Shown here piece after piece: positions 1 through 8,792 of a DNA stretch of 64,000 nt (the first letter of the stretch is position 1; the number at the start of each line of letters is the position of its first letter). Made by a program: the position numbers and the translations under genes. The notes beneath the pieces were generated by a model. That model was not told where the DNA came from, ran no database searches, and saw only the letters and a program-made list of their open reading frames with translations. This DNA is from an uncultured Gammaproteobacteria bacterium (lineage in GTDB: Bacteria; Patescibacteriota; Microgenomatia; Daviesbacterales; UBA10151): contig CAZYPW010000002.1 of assembly GCA_964649615.1 (NCBI GenBank), positions 66,969-130,968 on the forward strand, given 5' to 3'.

Positions 1-2
1 CA

Positions 3-287
3 TCAAAAAATATCAGGATAATTTATGATAATGAAAAACCTACCTTAGAAGTTAGCGAACCCGAGGATGGCAAAACTATCCAGGGGGATAGAAAAATTAA
101 GATTACTGGAAAAACAGAGCCGGAAGTAAAAGTTTTTATCAATAGCAACCAGGTGATCGTAGATAAAGAAGGTAATTTTGCAAAGGATTTTGAGCTAAAT
201 GATGGAGAAAATAATTTTGAAATTAAGGCTGTGGATCAAGCATCGAATTCCACAGAAATTTCAAGAAAGGTTAATTTTATACCTTAA
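3..287 (+). CDS. 3' end of an Ig-like (beta-sandwich) domain protein, partial
   Basis: Hand translation of frame 3, open from the window edge: ...YDNEKPTLEVSEPEDG...KITGKTEPEVKVFIN...GNFAKDFELNDGENNFEIKAVDQASN...FIP*; typical bacterial Ig-like pattern. Confidence 0.7.
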   Translation, partial: SKNIRIIYDNEKPTLEVSEPEDGKTIQGDRKIKITGKTEPEVKVFINSNQVIVDKEGNFAKDFELNDGENNFEIKAVDQASNSTEISRKVNFIP

Positions 288-313
288 GATCCTTCGCTTC
301 GCTCAGGATGACA
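287..313. repeat. REP-like hairpin AGATCCTTCGCTTCGCTCAGGATGACA
   Basis: Hairpin between two convergent stop codons; shares the CTTCG..T.CGCTCAG core with the 4483-4536 element. Confidence 0.65.
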
Positions 314-317
314 GTTG

Positions 318-1379
318 TCAACTTACCCAATACCCACTCACGAAAAGTGCTGTTAACAGCCCCAGAAAAATTAATCCAAAAACTGAATAGCCAATTTTGA
401 TAAATTTATTTTCTATTAAAGAGAGTGTAATAAATAGCGGGAAAACAGAAAGCACAAAACGTGGCATAGATGTTAAAGATGAAGTAAATAAGGGTAACAA
501 AATGGATAGCAATCCAAAAACACAATAAGATAGGGGTAAAAATCTAAATGACCTTAAGATTAAACCCAAACCAAAGATAGTTGCTGTCAAGTCTAGTATG
601 ATCATGTAATTAGATCCACTTACTAAGCCTTTGAGCAGAGCATTTATTCCCTCCCACAAACTAACTCCTGGAATTGATAGCTGCCTTTGCCAATAGCTCT
701 CTGCAGTTAAAAAATAAAATGGGTCTGATGTTTGAATAAACAAATACCAGCAGTAAATAAAAAACCCCAGTGGTGAAAGCAACACAAACCAGTTTTTCTT
801 GTTTATTCCGCCTCTTAATTGAACTTCTAAAAGCAAAGCAAAAACTACAGCTAGTCCTGTAATTCTGGTCGATGAAACAAGCATTACAGCTACGGTAGCC
901 CAAAAAAGTTTGCCCTGCCTCAAAAAATAAAATGCCAGAATTGTTAAAAGAAAAAATAAGCTTTCTGAGTATGCTGCTAAAAAGAAAAAGGAGGTGGGGA
1001 AAAATAGTAAAAACAGTACAGCAGTTTCAGCTAATTTTTTAGAGAAATCTTTTGCAATTAATTTAAAAAATAAATGTAAACTCAAATATATGCAAGAAAA
1101 ATTTATTAAAATGGCGCTATAGATATAATTATTAATAAACTTATTTAACAGATTTATTAAAATAGGATAGAGTGGGAAAAAAGCATATTGAAATTTTTCG
1201 CTGTAACCATGTTGGGCAATTGAAATAAAATGCCCGCCATCCCAATAAGCTAAAGTATTAATAAACCCTGGTGAAAATTTGCCTGATGGGGGAACGCTAA
1301 AAAGAGCAAAATTTACAACTGCTGCTAGGGCAATTACCCAGATCAAAAAAATAATGTTTATGTTAGGATATAAACTCAT
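318..1379 (-). CDS. GT-C mannosyltransferase, PIG-V/Mannosyl_trans2-like
   Basis: Multi-TM; WDGGHF..IA..GY, AFFPLYP, AAYSESLF and SMPRF motifs. Confidence 0.8.
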   Translation of the reverse strand: MSLYPNINIIFLIWVIALAAVVNFALFSVPPSGKFSPGFINTLAYWDGGHFISIAQHGYSEKFQYAFFPLYPILINLLNKFINNYIYSAILINFSCIYLSLHLFFKLIAKDFSKKLAETAVLFLLFFPTSFFFLAAYSESLFFLLTILAFYFLRQGKLFWATVAVMLVSSTRITGLAVVFALLLEVQLRGGINKKNWFVLLSPLGFFIYCWYLFIQTSDPFYFLTAESYWQRQLSIPGVSLWEGINALLKGLVSGSNYMIILDLTATIFGLGLILRSFRFLPLSYCVFGLLSILLPLFTSSLTSMPRFVLSVFPLFITLSLIENKFIKIGYSVFGLIFLGLLTALFVSGYWVS

Positions 1380-1380
1380 A

Positions 1381-2541
1381 ATGGGCGTTTTCTTAATTTT
1401 GATTCTAACACTGGCAATTGTTTGTGGTCAATTAATCAGAATACCTCTGGGAAATGGGGCTGTTACTTCCATAGATTTAGCAGTTATATTGTTTTCCGCA
1501 TTTTTGGCTTTTAAGAATAAATTTCATTTTAATAATACTCCCCTTTTTTTAAAATTCTTTTTTTTATTTATCCTAATTGGCTTAATATCTTCTTTTTTTA
1601 CTCCTTTAAAATTAGCTTCCAATGAATTTTTAAATGGTTTTTTTTACCTGATCAGGCTGTTATTTTTTGTAGTCTTTCTGCTATTTTTGTTATCTGATAA
1701 TTCTAAATTTATAAAAATTAAAGTAGCCAATATTTTAATTTTTTCTGGTGTTGCTCTTTCTATTTTAGGAATTATGCAATTTATTTTTTTCCCAGACTTG
1801 GGGATATTATCCAATCAAGGTTGGGACCCGCACTTTTTTAGAACAGTTTCCACCTTTTTAGATCCCAACTTTGCAGGAGCATACTTTGTTTTAACTCTAC
1901 TCGTCATATCCCACCTCCGAGGTGAAAATAGGATGACACCTAGGGTTTTTTATATCATATTTGCTATTGTTTATCTTGCACTCCTTACTACATTTTCCAG
2001 AAGTAGTTATTTAATGTTTTTAGTAGTTGGGCTTAGTTTTTCTTATTTTCAAAAAAGTAAAAAGCTAGCTACATTTATACTAATACTTTTTGTAATTTTA
2101 CTATTATCCTTCCAAATATATACTCAAGTTGTAGCAAAGCCAAGAAACATTAGCAGGGAAGAGTCAGCTTCTTTTAGGTTAAACGCCTGGCAGCAGGGAT
2201 TAACCATTTTTCAAAAATTCCCAATTTTAGGAGTTGGGTATAACAATTATAGATATGCCATCTCTGAATATAAACTTGGTGACAATCAGTTTATTGAAAG
2301 CCATGGTTCTTCCAGTAATGATTCCTCATTACTTTTTGTGGCAGCCACCACAGGTATATTTGGCCTGATAGTTTATCTTCTTTTTTTAATTTCTTTATTT
2401 CAGTTTGGGCTAATTAATAATAATTTTGTTTTAACTTCATCTATCATCGGTCTTTTAGTGCACTCTATCTTTGCCAATAGTTTATTCTACCCCCCCATAC
2501 TGCTTTGGCTTTTCCTTAAATCTGCTGATACAAAAAGTTAA
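1381..2541 (+). CDS. O-antigen ligase / Wzy_C family membrane protein
   Basis: R.VSTFLDPNFAG, TFSRSS, SFRLNAW, PILGVGYNNY, H..FAN.LF motifs; start set at ATG 1381 to avoid overlapping the divergent gene. Confidence 0.8.
   Translation: MGVFLILILTLAIVCGQLIRIPLGNGAVTSIDLAVILFSAFLAFKNKFHFNNTPLFLKFFFLFILIGLISSFFTPLKLASNEFLNGFFYLIRLLFFVVFLLFLLSDNSKFIKIKVANILIFSGVALSILGIMQFIFFPDLGILSNQGWDPHFFRTVSTFLDPNFAGAYFVLTLLVISHLRGENRMTPRVFYIIFAIVYLALLTTFSRSSYLMFLVVGLSFSYFQKSKKLATFILILFVILLLSFQIYTQVVAKPRNISREESASFRLNAWQQGLTIFQKFPILGVGYNNYRYAISEYKLGDNQFIESHGSSSNDSSLLFVAATTGIFGLIVYLLFLISLFQFGLINNNFVLTSSIIGLLVHSIFANSLFYPPILLWLFLKSADTKS
1912..1945. repeat. CACCTCCGAGGTG palindromic repeat, intragenic copy
   Basis: cacctccgaggtg-N11-acacctaggg, read in frame as HLRGENRMTPR. 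Confidence 0.65.
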
Positions 2542-2585
2542 TCTTTGGCTGTTAAACTTATATCGACGTATACTATGTACCCACT

Positions 2586-2625
2586 TACCTCCCACACCAG
2601 GTGTGTACTAGGTAGACACCTAAGG
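2586..2625. repeat. Degenerate CACC..GGTG-family palindrome downstream of the tRNA
   Basis: tacct-cc-cacacc-a-ggtgtg-tact-aggta followed by gacacctaagg. Confidence 0.45.
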
Positions 2626-2630
2626 ATTAG

Positions 2631-2703
2631 TGGAGTCATGTGGGCTCGAACCACAGGCCTCTTCAATGTGAATGAAGCGCTCTACCAACTGAGCTATAAC
2701 TCC
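2631..2703 (-). tRNA. tRNA-Val (anticodon CAC), CCA not encoded
   Basis: Reverse complement folds as a cloverleaf: acceptor GGAGTTA/TGACTCC, D arm GCTCAGTTGGTAGAGC, anticodon stem CTTCA/TGAAG with loop TT-CAC-AT, T arm TGTGG-TTCGAGC-CCACA. Confidence 0.95.
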
Positions 2704-2731
2704 AACCCAATAAATTTTACCACCCTACCTC

Positions 2732-2761
2732 TTGCTTCACAACCTAAATTTTTGAGATAAT
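2732..2761 (+). promoter_or_regulatory. Sigma70-type promoter of lepB (probably leaderless)
   Basis: TTGCTT-18 bp-GATAAT with extended TG; ATG 7 nt downstream. Confidence 0.5.
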
Positions 2762-2768
2762 GAGCCTC

Positions 2769-3353
2769 ATGGATGAGGTAAATTATTATGGGGCTGAAGG
2801 TGAAAGTTTTTTTGAAAAATTTCGGAACCATATCATAGACTTTATCCAAACTTTAGTGGTTGTCGGGGCAATTTTTGCCTTAATTTATTTGTTTGTAGCC
2901 CAACCACACAAAGTCTCAGGCAGATCCATGGTACCAACCTTTATGGATGGAGATTATATATTTACAGACAAACTTAGCTTTAGATTAAGAGAACCTACTC
3001 ATGGAGACATTATTGTCTTAAAAAACCCCCGTGATGAAAGCCAGGATTTTATTAAAAGGATAATTGTCGTGCCTGGGGATACTATCAAAGTTGAAAATAA
3101 TTCTATATATGTAAATGGGCAAAAGCTTAATGAAGATTATCTTCCTAAAGCTACTCCCACCAGATCTGGATCTTTTCTAAATGAGGGTGTGGAGATTACT
3201 GCAGGTCCTAATCAATATTTTGTAATTGGTGATAACAGGGAACATTCTTCAGATTCAAGGGAATGGGGAGGAGTTACTAAGGAAGAAATTGTGGGAAGGG
3301 TCTTTTTTAGGTATTTTCCCCTAAATTCCTTTGGTTTAGTTAAGAATCCTTAA
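2769..3353 (+). CDS. lepB: Signal peptidase I
   Basis: S26 motifs SGRSMVPT, FIKRII, GDNREHSSDSR; one N-terminal TM. Confidence 0.95.
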   Translation: MDEVNYYGAEGESFFEKFRNHIIDFIQTLVVVGAIFALIYLFVAQPHKVSGRSMVPTFMDGDYIFTDKLSFRLREPTHGDIIVLKNPRDESQDFIKRIIVVPGDTIKVENNSIYVNGQKLNEDYLPKATPTRSGSFLNEGVEITAGPNQYFVIGDNREHSSDSREWGGVTKEEIVGRVFFRYFPLNSFGLVKNP

Positions 3354-4194
3354 GCCTAAAATAACCTAAGATAGCCTCATGAATATCATGCAATAAAACA
3401 GTAGTTTTTTCAGTATTCCCATCAAATTTAAGTTCTAATTTAGCATTTTTTCCTGTTTGAATACATTTTACAAATGCCTTATCTGCCCTTTGGGATAAAA
3501 CATTGCTCAAATCATCCCTTACCTTATCCCATTCTTCAGAAATAATATGCATCATGGCAGCATCTGCTCCTTTTCTTGGGCCAAGTCCCTCTTTTGCCCG
3601 GAGTCTTCTTACCATCTCCTCAGTCCCTCTTACAGATAAGTTTCTTTTTAAAACTTCTTTATAGGCATTGATTATAAAGTGCGGATCTTCTAAGGCTGCC
3701 AAGGCCCTGGCATGACCCTCAGAAGTTGCCCCAGACATCAAAGCATCTTTTAGGGCATCTGGCAAAGTTAACAACTTGATGGTATTAGAAATATAAGAAG
3801 GGCTTTTAGAGACTCTTCCTGCAATTTCTGAATTCCCTAAACCAAATTCCTCCATTAATCTTTGATAAGCTTGGGCGCGTTCTAGTGGGTTTAAATCAAT
3901 CCTTTGCACATTTTCTACAATGGCCATCTCCAGCATTCCCTGGGGAGAAGTTTCACGAATAATTACAGGCACTTTAGGTAACCCCACCACTTTAGATGCT
4001 CTCCATCTTCTCTCTCCTGCAATTATTTGAAAACCAGCAGGGGTTTTGGCAACCACTATTGGCTCCAAAACTCCATGTGTCCTGATTGATTCAACGAGCT
4101 CTGACAGCGACTCTGGAGTAATTAATCCCCTGGGCTGAAGTGGGTTTGGCTGCAAAAGGTCTATCTCTAATTCGTAAATCTGTTCCTGATCCAT
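3340..4194 (-). CDS. parB: ParB/Spo0J partitioning protein
   Basis: PNPLQPR, IIAGERRWRA, ENVQR.DLNPLE, HTH region, SEGHARAL. Confidence 0.9.
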   Translation of the reverse strand: MDQEQIYELEIDLLQPNPLQPRGLITPESLSELVESIRTHGVLEPIVVAKTPAGFQIIAGERRWRASKVVGLPKVPVIIRETSPQGMLEMAIVENVQRIDLNPLERAQAYQRLMEEFGLGNSEIAGRVSKSPSYISNTIKLLTLPDALKDALMSGATSEGHARALAALEDPHFIINAYKEVLKRNLSVRGTEEMVRRLRAKEGLGPRKGADAAMMHIISEEWDKVRDDLSNVLSQRADKAFVKCIQTGKNAKLELKFDGNTEKTTVLLHDIHEAILGYFRLKDS

Positions 4195-4197
4195 ATT

Positions 4198-4443
4198 TTA
4201 AGAAACACTAATCACTGTTTTACTTAATTTCCTTTTGAATTCTACTTTACCAGAAGAGATGGCAAAGATGGTGTAATCATTTCCCTGTTTGGTGCCTTTA
4301 CCCGAATAAAATTTGTTTCCTTTTTGTCGTACTAGAATGTTTCCGGATACTACTTTTTGGCCACCAGATTTCTTAACACCCAAGCGTTTTGAAACAGAAT
4401 CTCTATTTTTTCTAGTGCTTCCTCCACCTGTTTTATGTGCCAT
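4198..4443 (-). CDS. rpmA: 50S ribosomal protein L27
   Basis: MAHKTGGGSTRKNRDS..KRLGVK...GNILVRQKG. Confidence 0.95.
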   Translation of the reverse strand: MAHKTGGGSTRKNRDSVSKRLGVKKSGGQKVVSGNILVRQKGNKFYSGKGTKQGNDYTIFAISSGKVEFKRKLSKTVISVS

Positions 4444-4482
4444 AGTTTTGTTGGGTAGATTTTACCTGCTGTGAAAAATAAA

Positions 4483-4536
4483 ATCAATACTTCAGCTTCG
4501 TTCAGTATTGATACTGAGCGTAGTCGAATGTATCAA
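4483..4536. repeat. REP-like doublet between rplU and rpmA
   Basis: atcaatac-ttcagcttcgttca-gtattgat overlapping ttgatac-tgagcgtagtcgaat-gtatcaa; two inverted copies of a CTTCG.CT.CGCTCAG core. Confidence 0.65.
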
Positions 4537-4841
4537 TCCTTATTTTTCACAGACCAGACTAATTTTGAATATTTTGGCCTAATACCCACAGTCCTTCTAT
4601 AGTTTGCTTTGGCATGAAACTTACTAACCCTTATTTTAGAACCTAATACCATAGATACAACTTCAAGAGTGATTTTATCCCTAAGGGTTGGTTTACCTAT
4701 TTTTACTCCCATCTTTTGGGATAGAAAAAGAACATCTGCTTCTATTTTACCAGTTATATTTAAGGAATCCACTGTAAATGGTATATTTGGGAAAATTTTA
4801 TATTGTTTACCTGATATGTTACAAATTGCGTATTCTTCCAC
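4533..4841 (-). CDS. rplU: 50S ribosomal protein L21
   Basis: YAI..ISGKQYKI, IGKP, KIRVSKFHAKANYRRTVG.R; GTG start; next to rpmA. Confidence 0.9.
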   Translation of the reverse strand: MEEYAICNISGKQYKIFPNIPFTVDSLNITGKIEADVLFLSQKMGVKIGKPTLRDKITLEVVSMVLGSKIRVSKFHAKANYRRTVGIRPKYSKLVWSVKNKD

Positions 4842-4864
4842 AGAGAGAAATTTTACCTTAAAAT

Positions 4865-5938
4865 TTATTCCGGGTCAACCATCTTTCTAAATCTGGAGAT
4901 TCTAACGACAGATGCAGCTAATCCTAAAGAGATTAAAGTTGATACTAAAGAGCTTCCTCCATAAGAGATCAAAGGCAGAGTTATTCCAGTTATTGGCAAA
5001 AGCCCAATATTCATCCCGATATTTACAAAGGTTTGGAAAAAGAGCAGGCTCACAATACCTATACAAATCAAATAGCCAAACCCGTCATAAGATGATTGTG
5101 CCACCCTAAGCAGATACAAAAATAAAAAAGCATATAAAATAAGAATTAGAATTGATCCTATAAAACCTAATTCCTCGGCAATCGAGGCAAAGATAAAATC
5201 TGTTCTAAACTCTGGCAGGAATTGAAGCCTGGATTGGGTTCCCCTGCCTATTCCCCTGCCGGAAATTTCACCAGAACCTACTGCTATCATTGATTGGATA
5301 GCATTATACCCTCTACCTAAAGGGTCACTGCCCGGAGCCAAAAAACCAAATAATCTTTGCTTCTGATAATCATGAAGAGAAAACCATGAAAATGGAATAG
5401 TAAAGATAGCAATTAGCAGTAGGATGCTTAGTTTTTTAAAAGAAATTCTGGCTGCAATTAACATTCCAAACCAGATTGCTAAAATTGCTAAGGTAGAGCC
5501 TAAATCCGGCTGGTAAAATATTAGGAATACAGCAGGTAAGGTAAACAGCAAACTTTTTATAATATTTTTCCAGGTTGCTAAATTTTTTGACCAAAAGGAG
5601 GCTAAAAATAATATTAAAACAGGTTTAATAAACTCTGAAGGCTGAATATTAAAAAACCCCAAGGGAATCCACCGCAACGATCCTCTGGTTTCTATCCCGA
5701 TAATAAAAACTACTAACAGCAAAAATAAGGAAAAAAGATATATAGGCAATATAAAACTTCTAGTTGATCTATAATCAAAATTAGCAATTATTAAAAAAAA
5801 CAGAAATCCAAATATGGCAGAGATTGCCTGCAAAACTGCAAGCTCGCTTGATGATGAAAAAATTACTAAAATCCCGATAGACAGCAGCAGCGCACAAGTT
5901 ATAAAAATCTGCCAATTAATTAGACTTAAGATTTTCAT
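4865..5938 (-). CDS. rodA: Rod shape-determining SEDS protein RodA
   Basis: RWI.LG...QPSEF.K, QPDLG, DPLGRGYNAIQS.IAVGSG, PEFRTDFIFA, LPLISYGGSS. Confidence 0.9.
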   Translation of the reverse strand: MKILSLINWQIFITCALLLSIGILVIFSSSSELAVLQAISAIFGFLFFLIIANFDYRSTRSFILPIYLFSLFLLLVVFIIGIETRGSLRWIPLGFFNIQPSEFIKPVLILFLASFWSKNLATWKNIIKSLLFTLPAVFLIFYQPDLGSTLAILAIWFGMLIAARISFKKLSILLLIAIFTIPFSWFSLHDYQKQRLFGFLAPGSDPLGRGYNAIQSMIAVGSGEISGRGIGRGTQSRLQFLPEFRTDFIFASIAEELGFIGSILILILYAFLFLYLLRVAQSSYDGFGYLICIGIVSLLFFQTFVNIGMNIGLLPITGITLPLISYGGSSLVSTLISLGLAASVVRISRFRKMVDPE

Positions 5939-8759
5939 TGAATTTAATAACCTTTAACTGCTTACCTTTTTCAATAGAGATTGAAGCAGTCTGTTGCAAG
6001 ATCATTTTTTCAAATTTTTTGGGCCAACTTGGTAGCTTGATATCAGTTTTATCTCTTAAGGTTAAGTTTTGCTCTTTCCTCAATTGTTGAATTTGCCTAA
6101 TTAAATCTCTGGCCTCTCCTTCTTCTTTCAGTTCTGGTGTAATGCTGATATCTAACTCTACTTCTAATCCTTTCTCTGAATAATCTTGATATTCAACCTG
6201 TTTAACATTCAGTTCATCTGCTAATATTTTATCTAACTCCAAATCTAATTGGCTAGTTCCCCTGCAAATTATTTTGGCAAGTGGTTGCCTTAATTTTATG
6301 CCTGCTTCTTTCCTCATAGCATGTCCTAATTCAACAATTTTTCTAATAGTATCCATATTTTTAATTAAATCTTCTCTTAAAAGACTCTCATCTCCCTCTG
6401 GAAAAGAAGTAAGGTGAACAGATTCATCACCTGTTAAATTTTTGTAAATTTCTTCAGATATAAAGGGAGCAATGGGAGCTAGTAATTTAGAGTAGGTTAC
6501 TAAAACACCATATAGAACACTTAAGGCTCTATTTCTATCCTGTTCATTTTCTCCACTGATCCTATCTCTTGATCTTCTAATATACCAAGTCGATAGATCA
6601 TTTACTGCAAATTCACGCAAAAGTTTTACTGCATCAGCAGTATTATAATTTTCATAATTTTTCTTTAGATCTAAACTCAATTCTGTTAATTTAGCTAAAA
6701 TCCATTTATCTAAAATAGTTAGGTGTTCCTTTGACTCTTTTGCTTCTTTTGAATCACAATCCCAATTAAAAGTATTTGCATAATCAGTAAAATATTTATA
6801 ACTATTCCAAAGAATTAATAAAAACCCTCTAACTGCTTCAGGTACCCCTTCATTGGAAAAATTAACATCCTCCCCTTTCATCACAGGGGAACCTAATAAA
6901 TATACTCTTAAAGAATCTCCACCATATTTACCCATAACTTCTTTTGGATCAGGATAATTTCCAAAGTTTTTACTCATTTTTCTGCCATCAGTTCCCAACA
7001 TTACTCCTTCAACTAAAACATTTTTAAAAGCAGGGGAGTCAAATAAAGCTGTACCAATCACATGCAATACATAAAACCAGGCTCTAATTTGACCTGTGTA
7101 TTCAGCAATAAAATCAGGAGGGAAAAAATCTTCCAAATTAACATTTTTTTCAAATGGAAAATGTCTCTCAGCAAAAGAAGCAGAACCAGCTTCTATCCAA
7201 GAATCCAATACTTCTGGCACTCTCCTCACACTTTTGCCACAACTGGGACACTTTATCTCTACTTCATCAATATCTGGTTTATGTAAGTTGGTAATTTTTT
7301 TACCACTTAAGTTTTCTAACTCTTTAATAGATCCAGGAACAATCCTTTCTCCACAAACACATTCCCATACAGGCACTGGTGAACCCCAATATCTATTTCT
7401 GGAGATATTCCAATCTGGTGCTGCTTCCATGCTTTTAGCAAACCTTCCATATTTAAAATGCTTAGGAAACCAATTTATGGATTCATTATTTTTAAATAAT
7501 TGTGATTTTATTTTTTGCACATTTACATACCAAGCATCTTTAGGAGCATAAAAAAGTCTAGTGGCACATCTCCAACAATGAGGGACAGAGTGAGTATATT
7601 CATCAACTCTATATATTAACCCTCTGGAAGTTAAATCCTCAATTATTTTTTCATTTGCCTCTAAATAATTTAACCTGCCAAACTTTGGTACAAAATCTTC
7701 TATGATTCCCTCTTCATCCACATGAGTAACCAGCTGAATATTTTCTCTCTGCATCACCACTAAATCTTCCTCCCCATAAACAGCCAGGGTAACAATTCCT
7801 GTCCCCTCCTCTGCTGTCACAAAATCTCCACCTATTATTATAAATGCTAATTTATCTGGATCAATTTTGTAGAAAGTATAATGCGGTATAAATTCTTTAT
7901 TAATTAATTCACTGCCCTTAAATTCTGAAACTTTTTTATAATCTCCCTTAAGTATTTTTATAGTTGATTTTGCCAGAATATAATTTTCATTATTTTGTGA
8001 AATTTTTACGTAGGTTAATTTCGGGTTCACTGCCAAAGCAGGGGTAACTAATTTATTCCAGGGAGTGGTAGACCAGGCTAAAAGAAAAGTATCTTTCTCA
8101 TCTTTTAATTGATATTTATAAACAGCGGTTGCTTCTTTAACATCTTTATAGTTATCTGCATCCATAGCTACTTCAAAATTAGAAATCGGAGTAGCACAAT
8201 GGGGGCAATATAGAGAAACTCTAAGACCCTTATAAATTAATTCTTTGTCATACATCTGCTTAAAAACCCACATCACAGATTCCATGTAAGGCAAATCCCA
8301 GGTTTTATAAGCATTTTTAAAATCAACCCACCTACCTATATGATCTATATACCATTCCCATTCCTCCGATACATCATTTACATACTTTAAACATTCTTCA
8401 ATGAATCTTTTAACTCCTATCTTTTCTTCTATATCTCTTTTTCTTTTTATTTTCAGCTCTTTTTCAACTTTATTCTCAATAGGTAACCCATGTCCATCCC
8501 ATCCCCAAACCCTCCTTACCCTGTATCCTTTCATAGTCCAATATCTACCAAAAACATCTTTGGGTATAGAAGATAAAAGTGATCCATAATGAGGAGTTCC
8601 TGTAACAAAAGGCGGACCATCTAGAAATGTCCACTTTTTATCTTCCGGACGCGATTGGACAGACTTTTCAAAAATCTTATCTTCTTTCCAAAATTTAATA
8701 ATTTCTTCCTCAAGCTCAGCAAAGTTAACTTGTGATGAAACAGGTTTGAACTTACTCAT
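5916..8759 (-). CDS. ileS: Isoleucyl-tRNA synthetase, type 2 (eukaryote/archaea-like)
   Basis: DGPP, GWDGHGLPIE, WSTTPW, DWNISRNRYWG, GQIRAWFY; signature motifs read HYGS and KMSKN. Confidence 0.95.
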   Translation of the reverse strand: MSKFKPVSSQVNFAELEEEIIKFWKEDKIFEKSVQSRPEDKKWTFLDGPPFVTGTPHYGSLLSSIPKDVFGRYWTMKGYRVRRVWGWDGHGLPIENKVEKELKIKRKRDIEEKIGVKRFIEECLKYVNDVSEEWEWYIDHIGRWVDFKNAYKTWDLPYMESVMWVFKQMYDKELIYKGLRVSLYCPHCATPISNFEVAMDADNYKDVKEATAVYKYQLKDEKDTFLLAWSTTPWNKLVTPALAVNPKLTYVKISQNNENYILAKSTIKILKGDYKKVSEFKGSELINKEFIPHYTFYKIDPDKLAFIIIGGDFVTAEEGTGIVTLAVYGEEDLVVMQRENIQLVTHVDEEGIIEDFVPKFGRLNYLEANEKIIEDLTSRGLIYRVDEYTHSVPHCWRCATRLFYAPKDAWYVNVQKIKSQLFKNNESINWFPKHFKYGRFAKSMEAAPDWNISRNRYWGSPVPVWECVCGERIVPGSIKELENLSGKKITNLHKPDIDEVEIKCPSCGKSVRRVPEVLDSWIEAGSASFAERHFPFEKNVNLEDFFPPDFIAEYTGQIRAWFYVLHVIGTALFDSPAFKNVLVEGVMLGTDGRKMSKNFGNYPDPKEVMGKYGGDSLRVYLLGSPVMKGEDVNFSNEGVPEAVRGFLLILWNSYKYFTDYANTFNWDCDSKEAKESKEHLTILDKWILAKLTELSLDLKKNYENYNTADAVKLLREFAVNDLSTWYIRRSRDRISGENEQDRNRALSVLYGVLVTYSKLLAPIAPFISEEIYKNLTGDESVHLTSFPEGDESLLREDLIKNMDTIRKIVELGHAMRKEAGIKLRQPLAKIICRGTSQLDLELDKILADELNVKQVEYQDYSEKGLEVELDISITPELKEEGEARDLIRQIQQLRKEQNLTLRDKTDIKLPSWPKKFEKMILQQTASISIEKGKQLKVIKFNENLKSN

Positions 8760-8792
8760 AAAGGAAATTTTAACAGAAAAAATATCTTGAAG

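Noticed and set aside
199-390. 63-aa ORF
   Set aside because: Out of frame with the real Ig-like CDS, and runs through a REP and into a convergent gene.
1279-1380. Longer N-terminus for the ligase-like ORF
   Set aside because: It would overlap the divergent gene by about 100 bp; ATG 1381 gives a clean TM start.
2545-2760. 71-aa ORF in the track
   Set aside because: It overlaps the tRNA-Val gene on the opposite strand; spurious.
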